NCBI GenBank assembly: GCA_964019425.1 | Contig: OZ025802.1 | Span: 930,001-994,000 of the forward strand | Direction of reading: 5' to 3' | Source: Flectonema sp. DT1601 | Taxonomy: Eukaryota | Length of the DNA stretch: 64,000 bases | Shown here: positions 24,001-33,031 of the stretch, one piece after another | Layout: the number at the start of each line of letters is the position of its first letter | Position numbering within the stretch: the stretch's first letter is position 1 | Notes under the pieces: generated by a model | The model's input: only the letters and a program-made list of their open reading frames with translations | Database searches by the model: none | What the model was told of the DNA's origin: nothing | Translations under genes and position numbers: made by a program

Positions 24001-27000
24001 CTGATGGATGGGTCGGGATCGATGTCAAACCACTTTGGACATCACCCTCACGGATACTACGCGATGTTGGAAGCTCTCAGGGATTGGGTTCGTGCTATTC
24101 CACTCACCGGTGAGCGTGCCACTACTCAGGGAGCCAACTCGACAGCGCCAAATGGAGGAATCAGAGTCGGTTTGATCCAATTCTCCAAGTCTGATGAGGC
24201 ATTGAGGACGCCAACCAATGTTGGAACTGGTGGAAGACTGTCGGGTGCGATCGATGAGATCCTTGCCGACGTTGGTTGGCATGAGCACCACTTCATGGCG
24301 TCTTCGACTTACATAGAGAAGGCTCTGGAATTCGCTGACAACATGTTCGGAGGGTCCCCACCGAAGCGTAAGAAGATTCTCTTGGTCTTAACGGACGGTA
24401 AGATCTACGATGCTGGTAAACTGGGAAAGACGAAGGGTTACCTCGGAACAAGAGATGTCGAGATCTTCGGAATTGTGTTGAGAAGGTTCGAAACCAGTAC
24501 GACGGTCGACAAGGACGCGGAGGAGACTCTGAAGACGATTGTCACGGCGCCAATTACGGACCACTACATGAACTTGCCGATGGACGACTTCAGCAAGGTG
24601 CTTTCGGGGATCTGCGACCCGACGACGAAGTTTGGTGGTCAGGTGTTGAAGACGGCTGCGTACGAGCTTCCTTGTATGTTCTACGAAGACGTGCGCACTT
24701 GTGAAGGAAGCAGCATATGCACTTGGAACACTTCGAATCTCCACTGCGAGGACAGCGCGTGCCACAAGTTCTGTGAGGAATCGAAGTGCACGTCTTACAC
24801 GGGAGAAGTTTGTGAGTGGGAGACGACGGGGAAGTACTGCCACAAAAAGTTGCCTTGCGTGTACACGGAGGAACAAACCTGCACAGCTGATGACAAGTGC
24901 TACTGGTACCAGGACGATCAGAAGTGTGGTAAGCAGCCTTGCGTGTCTGAAACGACTGAAGATGCGTGCAGGGCCGACAGGTTTGGTTGTGAATGGGACA
25001 GCAGCACTTCCCTGTGCACAGCTTTCCCATGCAAGTATTCGGTTGCTGCGACTTGTACTGCTGATGCTGAGTGTCAGTGGGACGGTGTGAGTGACATCTG
25101 CGTGCACAAACCATGTTACTACTCGACGGAGGACAAGTGCGTGAAGCACTCATCTGACTGTGAATGGGTTTCAGGAAACTGTCAGATGAAGGTCTGCGTT
25201 GAGCACATCAGTGAGTTGAATTGCATTAAGGATTCGAACTGTGAATGGGCCACTGATCACGCACCTGGAAGCTGCAACATCAAGGTGTGCCACACGTACG
25301 GAGACAAGACGAGCTGCGAATCAGCGCAAGCTGTTGCGGACGGATGTGTTTGGGACAAGAACAACAAGTGCGAGTACTCAGTTGATACTTGCAAGACTGT
25401 GTTGGATGACTGCGAGTGCAAGCAAACGATTGGCTGTGCTTGGGAGTCGGAGCCAGGACCAGATGTGATGCCAAGATGCTTCCCATCGATCTACAGCAAC
25501 TGTGAAGGAATGGACATGGTCTTCTTGCTCGACGGTTCCTCAGACATGAATGCGCAATTCGGACGCCATCCAAGTGGATACATCGGACTCCTCGAGACGA
25601 TGGCTCACTGGATCAAGCAGCTTCCACTTACGGGTGAGTCAGCCAATGTGGACGAGACTGCAGCCCACAAGTCAGGAATGAGAGCAGCGTTTGTTCAATA
25701 CAATGCTAAATCCAGTGCCCTCCGTACTCCAAGTGCTATCGGTGCTGGTGGAAGACTCTCTGGAAGTGAGACGGAGTTGCTGAATGACCTCGACTGGCAC
25801 ACGGCGAACCAGATCGCCAAGAAGAACACCACTGCGGACTACGAGAAGGACGACCACTACTTGCAACACGCTCTTGATATGGCTGCTAAGATATTGGAAG
25901 GTTCAGCGTACGACAGAAAGAAGGTTGTCATGATCTTTTCTGCTGGCATCATCAGCGACAAGGATTACCTCAGCAAGCCAAAGCTTCTCCTGGACTCCAT
26001 GCACGCCTCGACTTTTGCGGTTGGTATGCGCCGACACGGTGCCTCGACTCACAAGGATGAACTCGTGTTGGATGAGTTGAAGCCAATCGTAACTGCTCCA
26101 AAGGATGGCCACGCGATGAGCATCTCGTTCGATGACTTGGAGAAGGAAGTCCTGACTCAGATCTGTAACGAGGACAACTTGTTCGGATACTTCTTCGTTG
26201 AACACGGTCAGTCTACTCATCAAAAGTGTAGCGAGTGGAAGACCAGCGACAGTTGTTTGATTGATTCACTGTGTGTGTGGACTGTTGACAGTTGTGTTCC
26301 ATCATCGTGCCCTGCTATTTGTAACGAAGCGGAATGCGAACAAGCTGCTGAGGGATGCCACTACTACAGCAAGGACAAGACTTGCAAGCGATCGGTGTGT
26401 TACCACCCAGCGAAATCCGAGTGCGAAGGCGACAAGTTGTGCTGGTGGGATGTTTTAGGAAATACTGCTGAAGACAGTTGCAAACCGGTGGTAGGATGTC
26501 ACAAGCATAAGAGTGACACTCCTTGTGGCAAGGACAATGCTTGTAATTGGGATCAGTCTGTTGGGAAATGTACCGACAAGCGTAGATGTATTGTCCATCC
26601 GGACACCCTGTCGTGTAACAACGACACCGCTTGCGTGTGGAACACTGCCTCTGGTTACTGTGAGGACCGTACTGGATGTGCTCTGTACACTGAGGCAAAA
26701 ACATGTGCTGCTGGTAAAGAACAGTGTTTGTGGATAGTCCAGGATTCCCTTTCGTCTTGCATTGACAAGACATGTGGTGGATACGACTCGCAGCTCACTT
26801 GCAACGCCGAAGAAACATGTGAGTGGAATTCAAACAACGCGACTTGCTTTGACAAGACTGGTTGTGTCTTGCACATGAGACAGGATATCCCAGAGGCATC
26901 TTGTTTGAGTGACGACAGCTGTGTGTGGACTGGCCTCAAGTGTGAAGACAAGGAGGGATGTGCTGCTTACGTTAAACGTGATGCGTGTACACGTGACACG

Positions 27001-27281
27001 GGATGCACTTGGTTGAGCGAGACTAATGTTTGTGTCGATGACGGATGCAGTGCCATTGCGAACATGGATAAATGTGAATCCGATGCGAAGTGCATGTGGT
27101 TTACTAACATCGGAACTAATGATCGCTGTGATGACAAGTGCAGTGCACACTTCACTTCCAAGGACTGCAACACCGTTGCCATCTGTGAGTGGTCTCAAGA
27201 CACCTGTATCCCAAGTAACTTCTGTCCTGCTACCTACGGAAAAGACAGCGAGAACTGTAACGAGGACATTAATTGTGAATG
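1..27281 (+). CDS. Giant Cys-rich VWA/C-type lectin/EGF-like surface protein, copy 1, 5'-truncated giant exon
   Basis: Frame is open from base 1 (TGG AAT GCA...); the ORF-track start at 37 is an internal GTG. Encodes 26 EGF-like repeats, 2 lectin modules and 13 VWA domains. The repeat pattern ends at NCEW, where GTATGT (27,282) begins a T-rich intron. Confidence 0.95.
145..4370 (+). repeat. Block of 26 EGF-like Cys-rich repeats (copy 2: about 44,030-48,255)
   Basis: Consensus DEC-(xxTCPTCA)-xxxC-xxxGQxCxDPxxxxxxxxDWxCxCxPPxxG-x(7-9)-C; 26 (W/F)xCxC cores counted in the translation. Confidence 0.85.
4550..5500 (+). other. Lectin module 2 (degenerate EPT; copy 2 about 48,435-49,385)
   Basis: SHYYRHF...WEEAQNMC...GYLMSVTSGAEN...GWIGAMG...WKWVTGPD...QWDTSEPT...WSTP...FICEWG. 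Confidence 0.8.
8670..9700 (+). other. Lectin module 3 (QPD; copy 2 about 52,555-53,585)
   Basis: GHYYRYF...WDEAKTAC...GYLLSINTETE...GWIGATD...WRWMTGPE...NWAIGQPDD...EDFAQY...TWRDAP...FVCEWG. QPD at 9,490-9,498. Confidence 0.85.
11143..14525 (+). repeat. Internal direct repeat: 11,143-11,438 = 14,230-14,525 (296 bp, offset 3,087)
   Basis: Same DNA from ACCCAGGAGTGCATTGAG to GAGCCGTGTTTGGA, including third codon positions. Confidence 0.9.
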
Positions 27282-27432
27282 GTATGTTTATGTTTGTTTT
27301 GCAGTCGTGGCTGCAATAGTATACGTGGTTTTCCCTCTCCTTTTTGTTCTTTTTTCTTTTTTTCCTTTTTTCTTTTTTTTCTCTCGTTTCTTCTTTTTTT
27401 TTTGTATGGTCTTAAACAATCCGCAAAAACAG
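27282..27432 (+). other. Spliceosomal intron 1 (151 nt, phase 2)
   Basis: GTATGT...CAAAAACAG. Splicing joins TG+G (Trp) and restores the Cys-repeat frame: INCEW-DVLYERCNKKKAC. Confidence 0.9.
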
Positions 27433-27586
27433 GGACGTGTTGTATGAGCGTTGCAACAAGAAGAAGGCTTGCGTGATGTACCCATCTGAAGTTGCGTGCA
27501 ACGCCACCAGCAGCAAGTGTATCTGGGAGAAGGAGAGCAACGTGTGCAAGGACATCGCACAGTGCTCGTTCTACGATTCCTCGTTG
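27433..27586 (+). CDS. Copy 1 coding exon 2 (Cys-rich CxW repeats)
   Basis: (W)DVLYERCNKKKACVMYPSEVACNATSSKCIWEKESNVCKDIAQCSFYDSSL, the same repeat type as upstream, bounded by AG and GTATGT. Confidence 0.9.
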
Positions 27587-27749
27587 GTATGTTTTTTTTT
27601 TTTTTTTTTTTTTAAATTTTTCTATCGAAATGTGACGCAGTTTTTAAGGTGGAAGCTTTTTTTTATTCTTTTTGTTCTTTTTTTTTTGGTCACGGCAGAA
27701 ATAAAAAAAAAGGGACCAACAAAACATAATAAAATAATAATACCATCAG
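27587..27749 (+). other. Spliceosomal intron 2 (163 nt, phase 0)
   Basis: GTATGT, poly-T, A-rich 3' half, CCATCAG. Splicing gives YDSSL-ECAKDAGCQWSD in frame. Confidence 0.9.
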
Positions 27750-28290
27750 GAGTGTGCCAAGGACGCTGGTTGTCAGTGGTCCGACGCCGAACCTGTGTGT
27801 CTGCCAAGAGACGATCCATGCAGTGGAAGACCAGAGAACCTGTGTACCGCTGAGGAGTGCATCTGGGAAGGTGATAAGTGTAAGTTGAAGTGCAGCGAAA
27901 CCTGCAGCGCGGCGGGAGGAGTCTGCAACGGCGAGTGCTGCACTTGCAAGCAGGGATACCACGGAGAGAGGTGTGACATGTGCCTGTTTGGAAAATCGGA
28001 GAGTGGCGGGTGCCTCACGTGCTCTGCTGAGTTCTGCAGCAACCACGGACGCTGTGACTCTGAAATGACTTCGTGCATCTGTGACAGTGGCTACGGAGGT
28101 GCTGACTGCAGTGCGAGAGTTTGCAGTGCTGAGATGCCAGTTTGGTACACTACCTTCCCGCTTCGTCCGATGAAGAACGAGCGTTTCACTTTCATCATCC
28201 ACGGTTGTTGGGACGATGCCGCGAACAGCACTGGTCGCGACGTTAAGATAGTTCCGGCATCGCAGACGTGTGACAGCCCTGCTTCATGTG
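27750..28290 (+). CDS. Copy 1 coding exon 3 (last Cys repeats plus EGF/laminin-EGF-like domains)
   Basis: Contains CTCKQGYHGERCDMC and CSNHGRCDSEMTSCICDSGYGGADC, both with the EGF CxCxxGYxGxxC signature. Confidence 0.9.
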
Positions 28291-28433
28291 GTATGTTATT
28301 TTAATTTTACTGTTTGCGTAATTGTGTTCTCGGTTTTATGGTTTCTTTCGGATGGGGGGTTTTTTTGTGTATTTTTGAAGGGGAGGAAGATGTGAAACAA
28401 AAAGAAATAGCAAAAAAAACTCCAAACAAACAG
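28291..28433 (+). other. Spliceosomal intron 3 (143 nt, phase 1)
   Basis: GTATGT...AAACAAACAG. G+AG gives Glu, reading SPASC-EKPMLMSDEQ, in frame with ORF 28442-28972. Confidence 0.88.
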
Positions 28434-28972
28434 AGAAACCAATGTTGATGTCCGACGAGCAGCTGGAGATTGGAGATGAGGGTGCGAAGTGTACCAGCTC
28501 AAGAGTTTTGAATGCTGCATTAGAGCCAAAGAGTAAGATGGAGTTGTTGGTTAACACGACTGTGGCATTTGCTGATGAAGATGACAGAGAATTGATTGTG
28601 TGCTGGAGAGACCCGGTCAGGGACCAATGGAGAGAGCTTGAGACTCACTACAAAAATGGAAGTGTTACCAGGACTACTATCGTACAGGGTGCTGTTGATG
28701 AAGACACGGGTTCGAGACCTGCTCCAAATTTGGCTGGAACTGGTGATGAGTGTTGCGAGGGATTGAGACTCGGTGAAGTTTGTCTACCAACTGCTCTTGT
28801 TATCGTCCTCTGGGTGTTGGTACTCTTCTTGATTGGATATCTAGTTTTTGCCCTGGTCAAAGGGAAGAAGGAGAATGACGCTCTAAGCAACCAACCAAAG
28901 AAGGGTTACCAAGACTTCGAGATGGAAGATGGAAACAGTGGTTTGGTAAATGATCAAAGAAGCAGCAACTAG
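28434..28972 (+). CDS. Copy 1 terminal exon: juxtamembrane region, TM helix, cytoplasmic tail
   Basis: Hydrophobic LPTALVIVLWVLVLFLIGYLVFALV (about 28,784-28,858), then KGKK (positive-inside), a 37-aa tail and TAG ending at 28,972. Confidence 0.9.
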
Positions 28973-29380
28973 TGTGCTGCTTTCGAAGGTCTTTTCCTTT
29001 TTTTTAAGTTTTAAAGAACCCTTTGAGACCCCTTCCCGTATCCCTTACTGCTCATCATTATGTCACGAAACAGTTTATTCTGATTGCCTTACTTATGGTC
29101 CCTCCTCCCAAAGTCACGCCAACGAGCTATTGGTTGAATTGAACTTTAATAAATTTTTATTCATTCTTTTTAAGAAGCGAGAGATGTTGTTCCCGTTTCC
29201 GTTTCCCTCTCATGTTTTTTTACTTCATTTCCTTCACATATTGTTGCAGGTCTCAGCTGACTAACGGCTGATTGACAGGCCTGTCAGCTGCACAGAAGAG
29301 AAAAGAAATGAAAAAAAGTCCGTACTATTGTGTGGTTTTGCGTTGTTAAAAATATTGTACTTACGGCTTTTGTTTCCCTC

Positions 29381-29419
<39 letters not shown>

Positions 29420-30329
29420 TTGCTGTCCAATCCCGCAGTATTCTTCCCAGAAAGATCCTTACGTATCGTAATAAATACCCCCACCCTTGATTTATTTATC
29501 CAAGTACAACCCCTCCAAAGTGTTTCACCCCTTCCGTCTACGGTTGCTTTTTTATCTTCTTTTTTACAAAATAAAAAGAACCGTTTTCCTGAATAATATG
29601 ACTCTTACTACTGAGTAGGGATGAGGCAGTGGAGGTCCTGCGCAGTTATGACCTTAAACTGACTGTCATCCTTATGGTTTCATTTCTTGCTGAGTGATAT
29701 GGCTATGTGCTGCCCAATTTTTTTGTGGTACATTTCTAATACTTTTCGGTAAGCCCACATTACAATTATAATGCTTTGGACAACTGGAGGAGAACGATCC
29801 TCGGTACTGTTTCGGAGTTTTCGTTTTTCTTTCGTGGAGTGTGGGCATTTGGCACATGTGGTCGTATTATAAAGAAAGATGTATATGAAAGAAAGAAGGT
29901 TTTTTTTTTTTTTTTTTCACCTTCCCCCCGACTCTCGGATCATTTCTCTTTTATTTCCTTTAGTTGTTCGTTCACTTCCAGCCGAAGCTATAAAACCACA
30001 ATCTTCGCGATTGGGTCCTTGCTGATGCGGGCTATCCAGACCCCTCGTAGTCATCAGTTCGTATTTATGTTAACGAAATTCTTGTTGGTCTTAATTTAAT
30101 AATTTAGTGCTCTATATATTATATGTTTCTTTTTGTTGTCCTTCCTGTCTTTTTTTTTTTTGCATTTAACAACTCAGTATTGTAAGAACGAAAAAAAAAG
30201 AATGTTGGCAGCACACGTAAACCTCCTTTAGCTTTATCAGTTTAAGTCGGTTCACGGGTTTCGTGCACGAACAAAATAATCACAGTTGTTATATTAATAT
30301 TTCTGTTATGGTTGAAGATAAAAGCCAAT

Positions 30330-30360
<31 letters not shown>

Positions 30361-31265
30361 GAATAATAACTATTAATACTTAGAAATATTGGAAACCTGA
30401 ATTAGTGTTTAGCTTTGATGGACGTGCCTTTTGTCAGTCTGCCATACCAATCTTTTATTAGATACGGATGTATACTGCAAGGGTTCATTCTGACACTCCC
30501 TGTGGAATTCACGTTTGGAGAGAGATGATGTCCTTTTCTTGTAAGTACTTCTTTCTCCGGTGTAGATTTCCGTCCAGTGGAATGAATTGATACGCAATAA
30601 GTGAGAATTGTCACGTTATTACGGCATTATTTGTTTTCTTTTTTTAAGTATTTTCTTTTTCCTTCTGTTTTGCCCAAATAGGGGCAACGGGGCATTACAA
30701 GGATGTCAGCTCTGAAAGACAGCTGGTTTTTTTTTTTTTTTTTTTACAGTTTTTTAAAATGGGTGGCTGAAAGGTGGTAAAGGGTTGAACAAAAATCGCG
30801 GGGTGCTCCGACCACCCCGTCTATTCCAGAAACCCCATTTTTCATTCAAGCCAATGGAGTTATAGTTTATATGGGGGAAAAAAGAAAAAAAGGAAGCTGG
30901 GCATTTCGATGCGTCTCGTGTAAAATGAACGCCCCGTTCTGAGACTATTTGTGTAGTGGTTAGTTTGTCTGATTATTTAGAAAACTGATCTCAGAAGTTT
31001 ATAACGCAAATGAAATCGAAAAAGTCTACGACCATTTGTGGGACTTGGAGATATACTGTTTCTTGAATTCGGATAAAAACAAAAACCAACATTTTAATTC
31101 ATTCCTGGAGAAGATTAGGTCTTCTAAATTTACTCGGATCGATCCAGTGTGGTTCGATTCAAATAAATGGCTGCTGCCAACCTAGCGTTAATTTTTAATG
31201 CTCTACGAGTGCTTTAGTATATTATCAGTGTAATTGTTCTATCCCGTTTTAATTTTGATGATTTT

Positions 31266-31301
<36 letters not shown>

Positions 31302-32980
31302 TTTTTTTTTTTTTTTTAGTTCGATAGTTTAATAAGCTAGGCGAGGCGGAAAGCTGGAGATTGGTATTTATTAATCTTCAGTCGATGCTACTTCAACAAT
31401 CTATGCGAAATCTTCGGATATGGCTATGGATTGGGTCCTCTGTTACTGTGAGTTACCCTCCTAGAGCACTCATAATATACAGTAACGTTGGATTAAATAA
31501 CTAACTAACTATTTTTTTTTTCTTCCCCCCTTTTTTGTTGGAATGAACAGTTTTTTTTTTCCTTTTTTCTTTTCTTCTGTTTCAGTACTGTATTTGTTCT
31601 CTATAACTGACTAATACTAATTAGCTTTTTTTTTTTTTTTTTTTTGTTAATACTATAATTGAGGCGGTTGCCCTTACTGGGGGTGGTCGCTCGCTGTCTT
31701 TTTTTTTTTTAATTTTTGAAAACGATAAGAACGTTCTTGAGACTGAATTATAAGAAATTTGGAATAAAGTCCCCTAGTGAAGCCCTAAGAGGGACAAGTA
31801 GTATAAGATTATGGCCACTGAAAACTATGTTTTTCCACTAGTGTTCTGCTGCCAATCTAAACATAAATATTTGAATTTTTATTTTATTTTATTTTTATTA
31901 GTTTGATAGTTTAATAAAGCTAGGCAAAGGTAGAAAGCTGAAGATCGTTATTCATTAATCCTTTTGTAGTTAAATTCGATCCCTTCCGTCTTCTACTGCT
32001 GTGAGTTACTCATATATAGTAAATAACACTATCAAATTTAATGCACTTTCTTTTTTTTCAATGACCTCATCTAACTATGTTTTTTATTTTTCTTTTCCCA
32101 CATCCCCCCTCATCAGATAACTTTAACCTTTATACAGCCCGGTACTGTCCTTTCTATATTCATGGGATAAAGACACTTGTATTGCCCACAGTGAGTGCAA
32201 AAAATTCATTTCCTCTACATACACTGAAGTACATTTTCTTCTGTTGTGGGTTTCGTTGTTTTCTTCTCTATTTGTTGCTTCCTTCACAATATTGTGATCG
32301 ATTCATTCTCACTTACAGTATTAGCAACCCTCTTTAACTTCATTAGCTTGTTGTTCTTGATCTTTGATTTTACTGCTCTCTTTTTTTTTCTCTCTCTCTC
32401 TCCCTCTCCCTCTCTCAAATTTCATTTGTTAGCTTGTTTGCGTCATATGCACAAGTTACGAACAAAGAAAAAAAAAGAAAAAACTGAATGTTTTTTAAAA
32501 GCTGAACGTTTCTTTTTTAATTTTTTTTAATATTTTCATGTGGATGGAAGCTATCGGACGGTGGCACAGCCGTCTGACTACTTCGCCTCACGGAATGCGT
32601 TGTTCATTCTGTGTCTTCCCTATTGAAGCTCTGAGCTTCTCAAGGAAAGCGTGCATTCTATGTTGAGGAAAATCTGCTCTGTGTGTATGTTTTGTATCAC
32701 CTGAAGAGTTATCTATTTCTTCCCCCCACACACAACAGGGTACAGACTATTAATTGAAGTGCAGGTATTCTTTTTAAATGTGTTTAGATCCTATTAAGTG
32801 ATTTCTTCAACCCCCCACAGAACGAGGATATCTCTCACACCCTCCCACGCCCTCATCCCGTATTTTCTTTTTAGTTCCCTACAAAGGAACCCCCTCGTTA
32901 CCCCAACATCAAGGGCTGTTGTTTTTATAACTGAAAGCTCTCGTTTTGTGTGATAACAAAAAAAAACTCAAAACTAAAAA
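28973..32980. other. AT-rich spacer (3' UTR, intergenic, 5' region) with many poly-T tracts and a (TTA)n microsatellite near 31,270-31,300
   Basis: Sharp compositional change, homopolymer runs of 15-35 T, only low-complexity Phe/Lys-rich ORFs. Confidence 0.85.
31171..32033 (+). repeat. Diverged non-coding direct repeat (about 31,171-31,510 and 31,846-32,033)
   Basis: Shared blocks in the same order: CTGCTGCCAA, AT tract, TTAGT.GATAGTTTAATAAGCTAGGC.AGG..GAAAGCTG.AGAT.G.TATT.ATTAATC, CTGTGAGTTAC-like, CTCATA.TATA. Confidence 0.8.
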
Positions 32981-33031
32981 ATGAGAAGTTTCGGCTTCGT
33001 GTTAGCTGCTTTGTTACCGGTATGTCTGGCT
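32981..33031 (+). other. Predicted signal peptide MRSFGFVLAALLPVCLA
   Basis: Basic N-region, hydrophobic core, small residues at -3/-1 (C-L-A | GT). Confidence 0.8.

Larger units (their letters stand above)
5890..26200 (+). repeat. Thirteen VWA + Cys-repeat units, period about 1.55 kb (about 515 aa)
   Basis: VWA starts (CPxxDhhhhhDGSxS-like) near 5,890, 7,474, 10,066, 11,605, 13,168, 14,695, 16,261, 17,821, 19,354, 20,902, 22,447, 23,977 and 25,501. Each is followed by RVGxVQF and KVLIIITDG-like motifs. Confidence 0.9.

Noticed and set aside
145..26200. Assigning a known symbol (fibrillin, Notch, VWF, matrilin, Giardia VSP)
   Set aside because: Only generic domain types are shared; Cys spacing and overall architecture match none of these.
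37..27447. The 9,136-aa ORF taken as a complete gene
   Set aside because: The start is an internal GTG with the frame open from base 1, and the poly-Phe end is read-through into intron 1.
27437..28972. ORFs 27437-27853, 27795-28304 and 28442-28972 as separate genes
   Set aside because: They join in frame through three canonical GT-AG introns into the giant gene.
29616..29674. SECIS interpretation of the 3' hairpin
   Set aside because: No in-frame TGA in the CDS, and the ATGA/AA/GA spacing does not fit the canonical SECIS layout.
28950..32530. Short Phe/Lys-rich ORFs in the spacer
   Set aside because: They are translations of poly-T/poly-A tracts without the coding-like codon usage of the gene.
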